Assembly (NCBI GenBank): GCA_964016885.1 | Contig: OZ024744.1 | Coordinates: forward strand, 32,674,001-32,738,000 | Length of the DNA: 64,000 bases | Direction of reading: 5' to 3' | Origin: Eledone cirrhosa | Lineage: Eukaryota | Shown: positions 1 through 11,569 of the stretch, piece after piece | Position numbering within the stretch: position 1 is the first letter of the stretch | Layout of the letters: each line of letters opens with the position of its first letter | Notes under the pieces: model-generated | What the model saw: the letters and a program-made list of their open reading frames with translations, nothing else | What the model was told of the DNA's origin: nothing | The model's database searches: none | Position numbers and translations under genes: made by a program

Positions 1-550
1 CAGTCTCGGTCTCTTCTTGACCCAGGACTGCAGCTCAGTCAAAGAAACGAGCTGCAGAAAGGCCCGTCTGACAAGCGACGACCACACCTGTTCACCGTTT
101 AGGCAGAATATCTGGAGATGCCGCAGCCTCAGCGTGTGTCTGCGCACCATTAAACACGGCATACCCATCCCTCTATGTAGAGGGTGCTGGCAGCAGAAGG
201 ACCGCCTCACCAATGGAACCTGACCCCTCCACAAGAATTTGAAGAGGAGCTGCTCCAAGATGGCGAGGTGCGAACGGGCAAGGGACGACGGTCAGACGGT
301 AGTAGATGACGGACGCGACGTACACATTCGCCATCTCCACCCGACCTTTCAGTGACAGCTTCCTCGCAGGCCATTTCTGGGTGAGACTGGCTATCCTGAT
401 CGTCACCTCGTCCCGATTCTTATCCATCTGGCAGTCTGGAACGAACCAAACCCCGAGTCACTTTACCGGTCCGTCTGTTGTTGGACGACATGGACTTGCC
501 TCTCCAGGTGCTGAGCTGCAAGCCCACAACTTTTGCGGGTTAAGTTTCGC
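1..550 (-). mobile_element. Tx1/L1-clade non-LTR retrotransposon fragment (post-RT region of ORF2), 5'-truncated, runs off window
   Basis: Minus-strand ORF 173-427 (W..RKLSLKGRVEMANVYVASVIYYRLTVVPCP) is nearly the same protein as the Tx1 element at 33.2-34.3 kb; DNA is recognisably homologous to 33150-33700. Confidence 0.9.
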
Positions 551-1197
551 TCCCATCAACCTTTCATATTCCTTAATACTACTACTGCTACTAATAATAA
601 TAATAGTAATAAATAAAGAAATAAATGAAAAAGTAAAAGTAAAATTAAAAAGAAGAAAAAATGTTGTTCAGAAACGGATTTACTAGTTTCCTGTATGTAT
701 GAATAGGGTTTCGTATTTACTGAGAAAAAGCTTTTGTTAGCCATAGGAAAGATGCAGTGAGCGTTAAGTCAGGCATAGATTATATTCTTGATTAAGGAAA
801 TATTTATAATTAAACAGAACGGAAGAGCTACGTTAAAATATTTAGTTGGATGAAAAGAAATGGTTTTCATAATCATTTGGATTCAAACTAATGAAGACAA
901 AACTTTTTCTTTAATAGCTTTAATATTCCCATGAGAATCACTAGTTTTGATTTCTTTTACATTAAAAATAAAATGTGTTGTGTGCCAGTCTATACTCAGC
1001 TGTTCGACCTTGTAGAAATAACAGTTTATTTTCCCTTAAATTACACAAGTTTCTGGTATTCATTTAGAACAGTGATTCCCAAAATGGAGGCACATGGCTC
1101 CCAGGAGAGGATTTTTTGTTAAGAGAGGAACTGGCGGGAAATGTTATTCAGAGGGGGGGGGGGGGTATCCAATTCGGAAAATATAATTTACATTTAA

Positions 1198-1370
1198 TTA
1201 TATCAAATGAAATATCTATATACCCAACTATAGAGTATATAGTATATATATCTAATGAAATACCAATATACCCAACTACAGTGTATATAATGTGTATATA
1301 TATCAAATGAAATATATACCCAAATATAGTGTATATTGCGTATATATCAAATAAATATATACCCAATATA
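1198..1370. repeat. AT-rich minisatellite, about 4 copies of a ~45-55 bp unit
   Basis: Recurrent tatatc(a/t)aatgaaata...tatacccaa(c/a)ta(t/c)ag motif. Confidence 0.7.
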
Positions 1371-1430
1371 TAAAATTAAAAAAAACGGACTTAAAACCTC
1401 ACATTATATATATATATATATATATATATA

Positions 1431-1780
1431 ACAACTAGAAATTGATTAACATATAAATAAAGATATGAAACAATCACAGGGGATAATTTTTACAAGTGTG
1501 TAAGCACACACAGCTAGGTAGGTAACTAAATAAAGTTAACTAGAACTTCAAAAATAGATACCTTATAATATGATTAATGTTCCCTGTATATATTCCATTA
1601 AAATATATTTTAATGGAATATATATAGGGAAGATTAATCATATTATAAGGTATCTATTTTTGAAGTTCTAGTTAACTTTATTCAGTTACCTACCTAGCTG
1701 TGTGTGCTTACACACTTGTAAAAATTATCCCCTGTGATTGTTTCATATCTTTATTTATATGTTAATCAATTTCTAGTTGT
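1431..1780. repeat. 350-bp near-perfect palindrome abutting a (TA)n tract
   Basis: acaactagaaattgatt... at 1431 is mirrored by ...aatcaatttctagttgt ending at 1780; centre aaaatatatttt near 1605; only a few mismatches. Confidence 0.95.
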
Positions 1781-1954
1781 TATAAAATGCTCGGACCTAT
1801 TCATTAGAATCTTGGAGCTTATTTTACGGGTGATATGGCGCATGTCTTTCTGGCATGACACCCATAATTTTGATTTAGATTAAATTCATTTTGATTTATC
1901 TTAATTTTGGATATAGATATATATATATATATATGAAAGATTCAAAGGGTTATC

Positions 1955-2600
1955 AAACTGACACATGTTTCTGCCGACTTAAAATTTCATCCTTGGGCCA
2001 TAATATAATTTAAGAATTTAAAAATTCAAAAAAATTTTAATTTCATAACTTAACCCAGAGGTGTATGAATAAAGGGCTCCTCAAGATATATTCTCATTAC
2101 TGAAAAACTTATTTTAATAATTGTTTCTACTTTTAATAATGACTCTAAGAATATAAATACGTTCAAGGTAAGATGCCCAATAATTGTAAAACAGTAGGAT
2201 TCTCTCACAAACGTAGTCCGCCCTCCACCATTGCTAAACTTAAACTATTTTTGAATGGTTTTTTGAAATTATTTTTTTAAACTGTCTTTTAAAGAATTCT
2301 TTGAAATTTTTAGAATTTCTAAAGATGTTAATACTCCTGTAATCTGTTAACATAATGATTGATGAACGAGTACTTCAATGTAATGAACTTTTAACCTATG
2401 TAAAATATTGATGAAACCTTAAATAAACTCTGACGATTCTGACTCTGAATGAAAATCTGTGGGTTAAGTTATAAAATTTTAACATTTGAAAATTTTGTAA
2501 TTGTAATTTTATGGCCCAATGGGTGAAATTTTAATTTGGCAGAAACATATGTCAGTTTGGTAATACTTTAATTCTTCGATGTTTTTTAAGTTAATACATG
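1955..2600 (+). mobile_element. Penelope-like element remnant with inverted terminal segment
   Basis: Diverged inverted arms at ~1955-2058 and ~2459-2560. The spacer translates on + as KGSSRYILITEKLILI...NINTFKVRCP, resembling the PLE GIY-YIG C-terminus. A hammerhead motif lies downstream. Confidence 0.5.
2425..2558 (+). ncRNA. Type I hammerhead ribozyme motif with ~105-nt stem II insertion
   Basis: AAACT-CTGACGA-(~105 nt)-GAAA-C-ATAT-G-TC-AGTTT: stem I AAACT/AGTTT, palindromic loop III, GUC cleavage triplet. Confidence 0.6.
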
Positions 2601-3029
2601 ACAGCTCTGCATGGACCCCTCTGTATTGAGCAATTAATCAACCGGTTAGTAGTTTAACTATTCCAGTTAGCAATCAATCCTATTATTACTACTATTATAT
2701 ATACACATATACACACACATATATATAGATGTGTATATTGATTATTTCATTTTATATATATATATATATATATCCTAAATGTTTAGTAATATTGTTGTGG
2801 TCGTGTTTTCGTTGGCAATCGTCTGTTTACGACAGTACACCGCGGCTCTACTTTATTTAACTGAGATAAAACTTATATGAGCATGAACAGTAGATCATTA
2901 CGCATCTTTTGGCTTAAAAATCTAGAAATTTGGTCCAGCGGGAAAAAGTTTATAATCAAAGTTTGCTGATAAATCTTGTGTTCAAGTGAGTGAGTAGTAA
3001 GCGTGACGGGGGAGGTAATCTAGAAATGA

Positions 3030-3216
3030 CGACGTTTGGAAAAGTTTAATTACTGCATGAAAGAAATGATTCAAAAATTGAACTTGCCCAATCTTCACAA
3101 CATTGAAAATTGGTCACAATTTGACAAATCTGACTTCAAACCAGATATGATTCATTTGAACAATGTTGGAAATCTTAAATTGACACAAATTTTTGCCAAT
3201 GTTTTTACCACCTGAT
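3030..3216 (+). pseudogene. SGNH/GDSL hydrolase-like C-terminal fragment
   Basis: Hand translation LEKFNYCMKEMIQKLNLPNLHNIENWSQFDKSDFKPDMIHLNNVGNLKLTQIFANVFTT* contains the DxxHLNxxG..KL block-V motif of SGNH hydrolases; no intact N-terminus seen. Confidence 0.5.
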
Positions 3217-3395
3217 CCTTGTTCTATGGCTGACTGACTAATTTTGTGACTTAATAAAATGTCATCATACTAGTAATGCACAATGGTCATTTTTAAATTT
3301 AAATTTTATTAAATAGTTGTTGCTTGCATTGCCTTAAAATAGTAACAAGAATGTACACATACTTTTTAAAAATGCATCATTATCAGTCAAATCAG

Positions 3396-3755
3396 TCAAA
3401 TGTCACTAAAAGCCAGGTGGTCGATAACAACTTCTATAAGATTAGTTACATGCTCACACATTGGATCACCTCTCATCAATGGCATTGGGTGTCTGAGATA
3501 ATCGTGGAGATAACTGATGAAGTCACAAATGAAGTGATGGTCTTCCAGTGTGAACAACTCCCTATATCCATTGATATATGTGATGGCTTCCGATTCATAG
3601 GTGCATTTTATGAGGAATTCCATGCATCCGATTTTCAGTGATTCAATGGGCATTTTATCAGAGATGATAAGGTATTTGACCACGTTTTGCTTTGTAAGTA
3701 AATTGGAGAGAATCACTGCAGTCAAAGTCATTTCTTTGCATGGGTTTTTGTCCAT
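3396..3755 (-). CDS. Small intronless ORF, 119 aa, with BTB C-terminal/BACK-like motif
   Basis: Non-repetitive ORF with ATG start. SNLLTKQNVVKYLIISDKMPIESLKIGCMEFL resembles the L..ENV..L..AD.....LK..C..FI pattern of BTB/BACK proteins. Confidence 0.4.
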   Translation of the reverse strand: MDKNPCKEMTLTAVILSNLLTKQNVVKYLIISDKMPIESLKIGCMEFLIKCTYESEAITYINGYRELFTLEDHHFICDFISYLHDYLRHPMPLMRGDPMCEHVTNLIEVVIDHLAFSDI

Positions 3756-4026
3756 TCTAAAAAGTTAAAATGATAAAGTATTACAACTATATAACTTACA
3801 TCTATTGTAACACCATTGAAATGCACAAGTTTCACCAATTCACTATTATGCACTAATCATCTCAAATGCATTCATGATTTACTAGCTTTGTCATTAAGCC
3901 AGTTGCCTCAACTAGATTGCAATTATACTCAAAAGAACTTTAAAATGTCAATCACTTGTCAGTAATTCACTATGATCATTTAATTATTAGATAGTTGTTG
4001 CTTGCATTGCCTTAAAAAATAGTAGA

Positions 4027-5120
4027 CCAGATAGAAAAATGCGTACAGCAAAAAGAAGTAATATTGTTGGAATATAAACCTTTAAAAATACAGGACAAGA
4101 AACTAAAATAAAACTTTAAAAGAATAGGACAAGAAACTAAGATAAAACTTTAAAAGAATAGGACAAGAAACTAAGATAAAACTTTAAAGAATTGGACAAG
4201 AAATAAAAAAATTTACAATAATATTAGTGGCAAATTTTTTTTATTCATTTCCTGTGCTATGCCCCAGTATCTTCTTGATTAGTGCATAATTATTGTCATG
4301 CTCTCATTGTGCGTTGCCCCTGAGCGGTTGGTTCTGGTTGGGGTTGGTTGGCTGAGTAGTTCTGCTCCGTCAGAATGACCATTGCAAGAAGAATTGGCCG
4401 ATGCAGCTGCAGGTCTCCTCCAAGAATGCACTTCTGGTCCCGCAACACCAGACGAAGATGGAGAAGACGACCGGGTCAAGATGTCGACTCTGACCACCGA
4501 CTACGGCACCTCCCTCAACCACCAGTCCTCCCTCCCTCAGTCCCGTCATCCCTCCAGTCCTCCTGCTCCCCCTTCCTGTACCAGAAAGCTGTGGCACGCA
4601 TTCATCTGGACTGCCGGACTTGAACTCAAGGACAAGATGCAAGGAGAAGATGGACGGGTTGGTCAAGATCAAGGATGAGCGGGACGACAAGACCGTCCGC
4701 TGCTGCTCAAGATCTGTGCTCATGGGCCCATGGGTCCATTCACATTATACATGACACATGAGGCGTGTCGCCGAATGATGAAATAGGGGTATGGTTATGG
4801 CCCAATTGGTGTTCAAACCAGGATCAAATGATCCCCCCGGTCTGACGACGACCTCTGAATGTGGAACCCAGAGCCTATGAATGTGGAACTCGATTTTTTA
4901 CCAATAAAAATGTTGCCACTAATATTATTGTAAAATTTTTTATTTCTTGTCTAATTCTTTAAAGTTTTATCTTAGTTTCTTGTCCTATTCTTTTAAAGTT
5001 TTATCTTAGTTTCTTGTCCTATTCTTTTAAAGTTTTATTTTAGTTTCTTGTCGTGTATTTTTAAAGGTTTATATTCCAACAATATTACTTTTTTTTGCTG
5101 TACGCATTTTTCTATCTGGT
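4027..5120. mobile_element. Foldback/MITE-like element: ~207-bp inverted repeats with internal ~34-bp subrepeats around a GC-richer ~680-bp core
   Basis: accagatagaaaaatgcgtacagc...tagtggcaa (4027-4233) is mirrored at 4913-5120; arms contain tandem aaaactttaaaagaataggacaagaaactaagat units. Confidence 0.75.
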
Positions 5121-5162
5121 ATATAGATGTGTATATTGATTATTTCATTTTTTATATATATA

Positions 5163-5309
5163 TATAACTGAACAAAAAAGAAACACGGACACAGACATAT
5201 ACATATATGTGTTCAAATCGTAAGGGACCAGATTCGAATCTGGTCCCTTACAATTTGAACACATATATGTATATGTCTGTGTTCGTTTTTCTTTTTTGTT
5301 CAGTTATAT
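5163..5309. repeat. ~147-bp palindrome next to (TA)n
   Basis: ...gtaagggaccagattcgaatctggtcccttac... is symmetric about TTCGAA near 5235, with arms extending to ataactgaacaaaaaag / cttttttgttcagttat. Confidence 0.93.
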
Positions 5310-5499
5310 TATACGGCTCGGAAAAACCTCTTTCCTAGAGCTAATTTTATTGTAAGAGACTATTTTGAGTTTCTAACTCAATACATGCTTTTGATATATA
5401 TATATATTTGTACCGTTTCCTCTCACCCCCTTTTTTCTAAATGTCTCCCCCCCCACTCCTCTACACACGCTTGGAACTCTCTTCCCACACACTTTTCGC

Positions 5500-5530
5500 C
5501 TGAAGAAGGGCTTATGCCCGAAACCACGTT
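5500..5530 (+). ncRNA. Degenerate hammerhead core (Penelope-type)
   Basis: CTGAAGA-A-GGGC-TTAT-GCCC-GAAAC with intact stem II, followed by AATAAA and (TA)n; stem I and the cleavage triplet are not intact. Confidence 0.5.
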
Positions 5531-5614
5531 CCCCACCGCCACCCCACTCTCAAGAGCGTGAAACTAATAAACCTTTGTTCGTACTGCCTCTCTGTTTTGT
5601 TCCCTTTCCATTTT

Positions 5615-5673
<59 letters not shown>

Positions 5674-5713
5674 TAACCATCTAACATGTCAGGGTATGTC
5701 ATGTATCATTTTA

Positions 5714-5776
5714 TTTTATCTGATGAGGACGTACTGTTGAACTTAATTCAGTACCTCTGAAATATGTATAATAAAA
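5714..5776 (+). ncRNA. Type I hammerhead ribozyme (same family as the 55.5-55.8 kb copies)
   Basis: TTTTAT-CTGATGA-GG-ac-GTACTG..CAGTAC-CTCT-GAAA-T-ATGT-A-TA-ATAAAA. Confidence 0.75.
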
Positions 5777-6169
5777 TTTTATTGATCACAAGAATATCTA
5801 TTTTGTTAATATTTGAATTAATATATATATATAACGTGATATTCCTTGTTCGATCTTTATACCAAAAGCTTATAGTTTTAAGCAGACAATATTATTGATT
5901 TAGGTGTCATAGAAACCTTGCATTTGGATTTGACCATCAATTCCAATGGGTCCAGGTCTGTTTTTATCATTTATTTTGTTTGACCTGTTTAGCTTGATTT
6001 GTTTTTGGGCTTAGGTGGTTAATGCCTTCTTGACCACTTTTTTAGTTTGTATGGCGTTTTAACATATTGTTTAGCTCTAGCTTTTTAACTATGGAGCGCT
6101 TGCCGGCATTATTTCTGATTTTACGGTTCGTTTCGCTTTTTCTACCCGCCGAAATGCGATTCTCGCTGA

Positions 6170-6233
<64 letters not shown>

Positions 6234-6784
6234 CACAACTATAGACATTTATTTAATTTACACTGAAATAAGTAATGGTAAAATAATTCTAAAATGGGGG
6301 AGGAGTTGAAAAAACTTGGGTTCGCAAGGGAAGGAATGCGACCATTGATTTAGAACCAAACTAATGATGTATAGTTCATATGTCATTGAAGTACTGGCGG
6401 GATTGATTTTTCTACAACTTCCCAGTCTTAATTGGTATCTTATGGCGAAAAATAACTCCTCGATTTTAGGGATAGACTTAATTTGTCACCAGGTTTAACA
6501 TGATCACCAGGCCTCTGGGTGCATTTAACAGAGCCCACCCTGTCGCAAGCATTCGGTACAAGCCTCCTGTTTGATGACACATTTTCACCTCCCAATAGCC
6601 ACAGAAATACAAAAAAAGTGTAATGTGCTCGGTCCTTCTAGTTTTGACTATACAGTAACATATAGAATAAGATTCAAATGGGATATGTTGGTTTTTAATA
6701 TACATTATATCCCGAGTTAGTCAGTTCTCTATTCTTGCTGTGACGCATCCCACTGGAAACAGCAGCCAACTGCTCCTCAAATTA

Positions 6785-6785
6785 C

Positions 6786-6817
<32 letters not shown>

Positions 6818-7510
6818 CTTCTTCTTCTTCTTCTTCTTCTCCCACTTATTCCTGAGAGGATCGTGGAGGCAGAGTCCTCAAACACTGCTTCCAGCGGGTC
6901 TTGTCAGAAGCAACCACCTCCAAATGATCCGGCTAGATTCCCAAGCATGACCAGCCAAGCTCATGGATGTTATCCAATCATCTTGCTCAGGATCTAACCT
7001 TAGGTTTCTTGCTTGCTGGTTTTTCCTGCAAAATCTCTTCAGCGATTCTTTCCTGAGACATTCAAACCAGATGTCCATAGTATCGGAGCTGTGATCTCTC
7101 AATTCAGAGAAGTAGTGGCTCTACCTGGAGTGACTCTCTGATCTCCGAGCTACGCACTTTATCGAGTAACGTTACTCCAAAGACCTTTCAGAAGAATCCC
7201 ATTTCGGCCGCGTGTATTCACGATCGTATTCTTTCCGTCATTACCCAAGATTCGTGACCTTAGGTAGTGTTGGCACGAATACCGAATTGCAGACAGCAAG
7301 TTTGGCTTTAACACCCACCTCACTTCTTCTGTTTATTGAAATGCTGAAGTTGACGCATTACTGCACCAGCTTTTTCAATTCTTGCACTTAATTCAGCCTC
7401 CCGCCTTCCATCACCCGTGAACACGGCTCCAAGATACTTGAACTTCTCTACCTGCTTCAGTGGAACTCCATTTACATGTACAGTGCTCTCCGAGGGTTTC
7501 TTTGAGAGGA
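6785..7510 (-). mobile_element. RTE-clade LINE 3' fragment, decayed, with (GAA)n tail
   Basis: Minus-strand VPLKQVEKFKYLGAVFTGDGRREAELSARIEKAGAVMRQL is a typical RTE post-RT motif; it ends in a (CTT)n tract at 6789-6840. Confidence 0.8.
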
Positions 7511-7537
7511 TGAATTTTGAAATGAGTAAAACTAGCT

Positions 7538-8090
7538 GACAAGTTAAGTCCGTCCTGAGAGGAGTGACCACCAATAAGACTGACTGATGACAAGTTAAGT
7601 TCGTCTTGAGAGGAGTGACCACTAATAAGACTGATTGAGGACAAGTTAAGTTCGTCTTGAGAGGAGTAACCACTAATATGACTGACTAATGACAAATTAA
7701 GCCTGTCTTGAGAGGAGTGACCAGTAATAAGACTGACTGATGACAAGTTAAGCCCGTCTTGAGAGGAGTGACCACTAATAAGACTGATTGAGGACAAGTT
7801 AAGCCTGTCTTGAGAGGAGTGACCAGTAATAAGACTGACTAATGACAAATTAAGCCTGTCTTGAGAGGAGTGACCAGTAATAAAACTGACTGATGACAAG
7901 TTAAGCCCGTCTTGAGAGGAGTGACCACTAATAAGACTGATTGAGGACAAGTTAAGCCTGTCTTGAGAGGAGTGACCACTAATATGACTGACTAATGACA
8001 AATTAAGCCTGTCTTGAGAGGAGTGACCAGTAATAAGACTGACTGATGACAAGTTAAGCCCGTCTTGAGAGGAGTGACCACTAATAAGAC
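7538..8090. repeat. 51-bp minisatellite, ~11 copies, with 153-bp three-unit higher-order periodicity
   Basis: Unit gacaagttaagcc(c/t)gtcttgagaggagtgacca(c/g)taataagactgactgat; junction variants gactgat/gattgag/gactaat cycle in threes. Confidence 0.95.
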
Positions 8091-8609
8091 AAAAGGTGTA
8101 ATTAATAATAACAATAAAATAGGGAGTTCACAGTCATGTTGCTGTATTTTGTCAGATATGTAGGTGTTTTAAGATGTCAGGGTTGTTCCATTATGTAGTG
8201 AGAATAGATGTTGGGGGAGGGGACATTCATGTGGTTATATGATCTATATGACAATTGAATGAGAGGAAATATGTGTTCAATCCTGAGCAAAATATGAACC
8301 CAGAAAATATTTTACCTTCAGCACATCATAGTTTTGATATTTTCGACCAAATTGTACAACTTGTTGAAGAAAGTTACTTCATTAAACATAATTATTTAGT
8401 AAGTTGTCAAAGCTTTCATAAAAGACGCTATTTGTCTGTTAGAATCAGTTCCTGTATTGAGCCAACGAGAGCTACAGGCTCGTTCCAACTACTAGAAATC
8501 AACCACAAGTAAAAAAAGGATAGATCGACTTTCGTCAAATCGGTCCGAGGAAACAATGTTTCCGTTGGTCCTTCCAGTTGCTTGTACTATCTATCGGTCA
8601 CAACTCCAG

Positions 8610-8735
8610 GTAGAAGGAGCAACGTGAAATAAAGTGTCTTGCTCAAGGACATAATTCATCGCCGGTCCAGGAATCGAACGCCAAACCTTAAGATTGTGAA
8701 TCCAATTCTCTAACCACTCAGCTACACGCCTTCAC
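8610..8735 (-). mobile_element. tRNA-derived SINE of a second family (5' part)
   Basis: Reverse complement gives ggcgtgtagctgagtggttagaga..gttcgattcc (A and B boxes), then tgtccttgagcaagacactttatttcacgttgctcc; related pieces at ~8905-9000 and 53097-53310. Confidence 0.7.
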
Positions 8736-9309
8736 AAGTAAATAAGCCCTAAATGATACCCCAATGTGTTTATGTGGAAAAACTATTGGAAATGTAGTCA
8801 ACTTCCTGATTAACTTACTGAACAACAACAACAACAACAACAACAACATATGGGATAATCAGGACTGCAAATATCATTTTAAATATGGGTCTACTTGTTT
8901 ATGGATGGCGTATGGCTTTATGGTCTGAGTGTCCAACTCGCGTGTTGCATCCTTGAACAAAACACTTTAATTCGTGTTACTCCAGCACACTCAGCTGGCA
9001 AAATTAAGTCACCCATTTGCACAAAACACCAATCATATCACCCATTGTGTCTCGCTGATCTCCCATACAACTACATTAAGGATACACGTGTCTGTGGAAT
9101 ACACAGGCAATTTTCCGTTGTTCAAACAACTACAATACTCGTCATCGGAACCGGCAGATATCCAAAACTTGATAAAAGCCGACCTAAGGCTTCCCGTAAA
9201 CAGGAAAACCTACATGTTATAATGTTCATGAAACGATAGATTTGTGCGGATGTATATATATATGTTTATGTGAGAGCATAAGAAAGGCTTTGGTAAAGAA
9301 TTTAGTAGA

Positions 9310-9465
9310 GGCATTATGGCGTCAGATTAGAAATGACTCGGTTTGTTTTTCTAGCTCACTGCGTTCTGAGTTCAAATTATGCGGTGGTAAACAATGCCTT
9401 TCACCCTTTTGAGGTCGATGAATAAGATACTAGTCCAGTACATGGGCTAATTATCTCGATTGTCT
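9310..9465 (+). mobile_element. Diverged Nin-domain SINE
   Basis: gttctgagttcaaat B box, then gcctttcacccttttgaggtcgatgaataagatactag. Confidence 0.65.
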
Positions 9466-9486
9466 CTGTTTGGTTGTCTGTCTGTC

Positions 9487-9533
<47 letters not shown>

Positions 9534-9881
9534 TTCCTCCTGCTCTCTCTCTGCATCCCCATCTCTCTCTCTGGAAGAAATCGGTTGTGCTCCATCATAT
9601 GAGGATATGCCCAATCATAAGCTCGTGTGATTCCATCAGCATTCAAGGCCATCTATTTATTTTATGTGTGTGAGGATTTCCACTGTTTTCCGTCTTCCTA
9701 TTTTACTGAGATTTTTGAATTATAAATTTCTTGTCAGTGAGGAAATGATACTTTATGACATATATCCCGTTCTCATGAACTTGATCGATGTAAATTAAGA
9801 AAAAATATCCACTTCAGTTTATATATTTCTATACTTTTATGAGTACGAAATACGCATGCCCATGCACAAGTTTATTGCATA

Positions 9882-9931
<50 letters not shown>

Positions 9932-9962
9932 GCTTATATATATGATAGAGTTAATATAATAT

Positions 9963-10144
9963 AATTGTTTCTACTTTTGACACAAGGCCAGCAATTACCA
10001 GTGCATTACTGGTACTTTATTTTATCGACCCCGTAAGGATGGAAGCCAAAGTTAATCTCGGCTGGATTTGAATTCAGAATGGCAAGGGCCGTAACTCTAT
10101 GCTGGAAAGCATGGCGTCCGACCCTCTACCGATACTGCCAATCC
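9963..10144 (-). mobile_element. tRNA-head Nin-domain SINE, full length
   Basis: Reverse complement: ggattggcagtatcgg (A box) .. gaattcaaatc (B box) .. catccttacggggtcgataaaataaagtaccag .. ggccttgtgtcaaaagtagaaacaattat. Confidence 0.9.
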
Positions 10145-10291
10145 ATAGTTAATATAATATAATATGATATAATATAATATAGTTAAAATAATATAATATA
10201 GTATAATATAATATAATAAATGATATAATATAATATAGTTAATATAATAAAATATAGTTAATATAATATAATATATGATATAATATAATAT

Positions 10292-10385
10292 AATTGATTC
10301 TACTTTAGGCACAAGGCCAGCAATTACCCAGTGCATTACTGGTACTTTATTTTATCGACCCCGTAAGGATGAAAGGCAAAGTCAA
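10292..10385 (-). mobile_element. Nin-domain SINE, 3' half
   Basis: Matches the 3' half of the family consensus. Confidence 0.85.
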
Positions 10386-10553
10386 CAATATAATATATGA
10401 TATAATATAATATAATATAATATAATATAATATAATATTATATAATTTAATATAATATAATATTTAATATAATATAATATTATATAATATAATATATTGC
10501 TGGCCTTGTGCCTAAAGTAGAAACAATTATATTATATCATATATTATATTTGA

Positions 10554-10737
10554 ATTGGCAGTATCGGTAGAGGGTCGGACGCCATGATTTGACGCATAGA
10601 GTTACGGCCCTTGCCATTCTGAGTTCAAATTTCGTCGAGGTTAACTTTGCCTTTCATCCTTACGGGGTCGATAAAATAAAGTACCAGTAATACACTGGAA
10701 TAATTGCTGGCCTTGTGCCTATTGTAGAAACAATTAT
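10554..10737 (+). mobile_element. Nin-domain SINE, full length
   Basis: ttggcagtatcggtagagggtcggacgcc...gagttcaaat...gcctttcatccttacggggtcgataaaataaagtaccag...ggccttgtgcctattgtagaaacaatt. Confidence 0.9.
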
Positions 10738-11454
10738 ATTATATTATATCATATATCATATTATATTATATTATATTATATACTATAACATAATATATCA
10801 GTACATAAACATATAAACAAAGACAGACGCACGCACATACACATGTAAATATATATGACACATGTACATACACACATGTAAATATATATCACACTCGTAC
10901 ATACACACATGTTAATATATATGACATTTTAACAGAAAATGATTATATGGAGGCAATCAACTATGACGCGCAGATAAGACATTAGATAAGACATTAGACA
11001 AGACATTAGATGGAAATAATATGGACAAGTTGATGCCGAATCATATATAATTTAATAAATGAGTAACTACATGAATGGCCATAAAGTTATTAGAAAAATA
11101 CTTCAAATATTTAAACACGGAAAAGGAAAGGAAAAGCAAGGGGTTTATGGCCACAGAAGAATGGGAGGGCGAGAGTGTATTAGGCTCTGGGTCAAGGGTG
11201 AAGTGGTGTTGGGGCTGCGTCCCGCGGACAATTCTACAAAAACATTTCTGTGGACAATAGCCAGCGATACCCGCTGCAACATCCACCCCACCTCGAGGGG
11301 CTCTCTCCTCAGACGGGTCGTCGACGTTCCGATCTTGTCGAGGAGTTCGGCAGTTTTCCATTGACCCTATTTCTCTACATTTACAGACACTCACAGACAG
11401 ACAGACCCCCCCACACACACACACACATGCACACACACGCGCGCACTTACACAT

Positions 11455-11518
<64 letters not shown>

Positions 11519-11569
11519 GTATATATATATACATAAATGTGTGTGTGTGTGTGTGTGTGTATCTAATAT

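Noticed and set aside
7538-8090. Regular repeats as a CRISPR array
   Set aside because: Contiguous tandem units without unique spacers, no cas genes, eukaryotic context.
10554-10640. tRNA gene
   Set aside because: A and B boxes belong to the SINE head; no complete cloverleaf, and it continues into the Nin domain.
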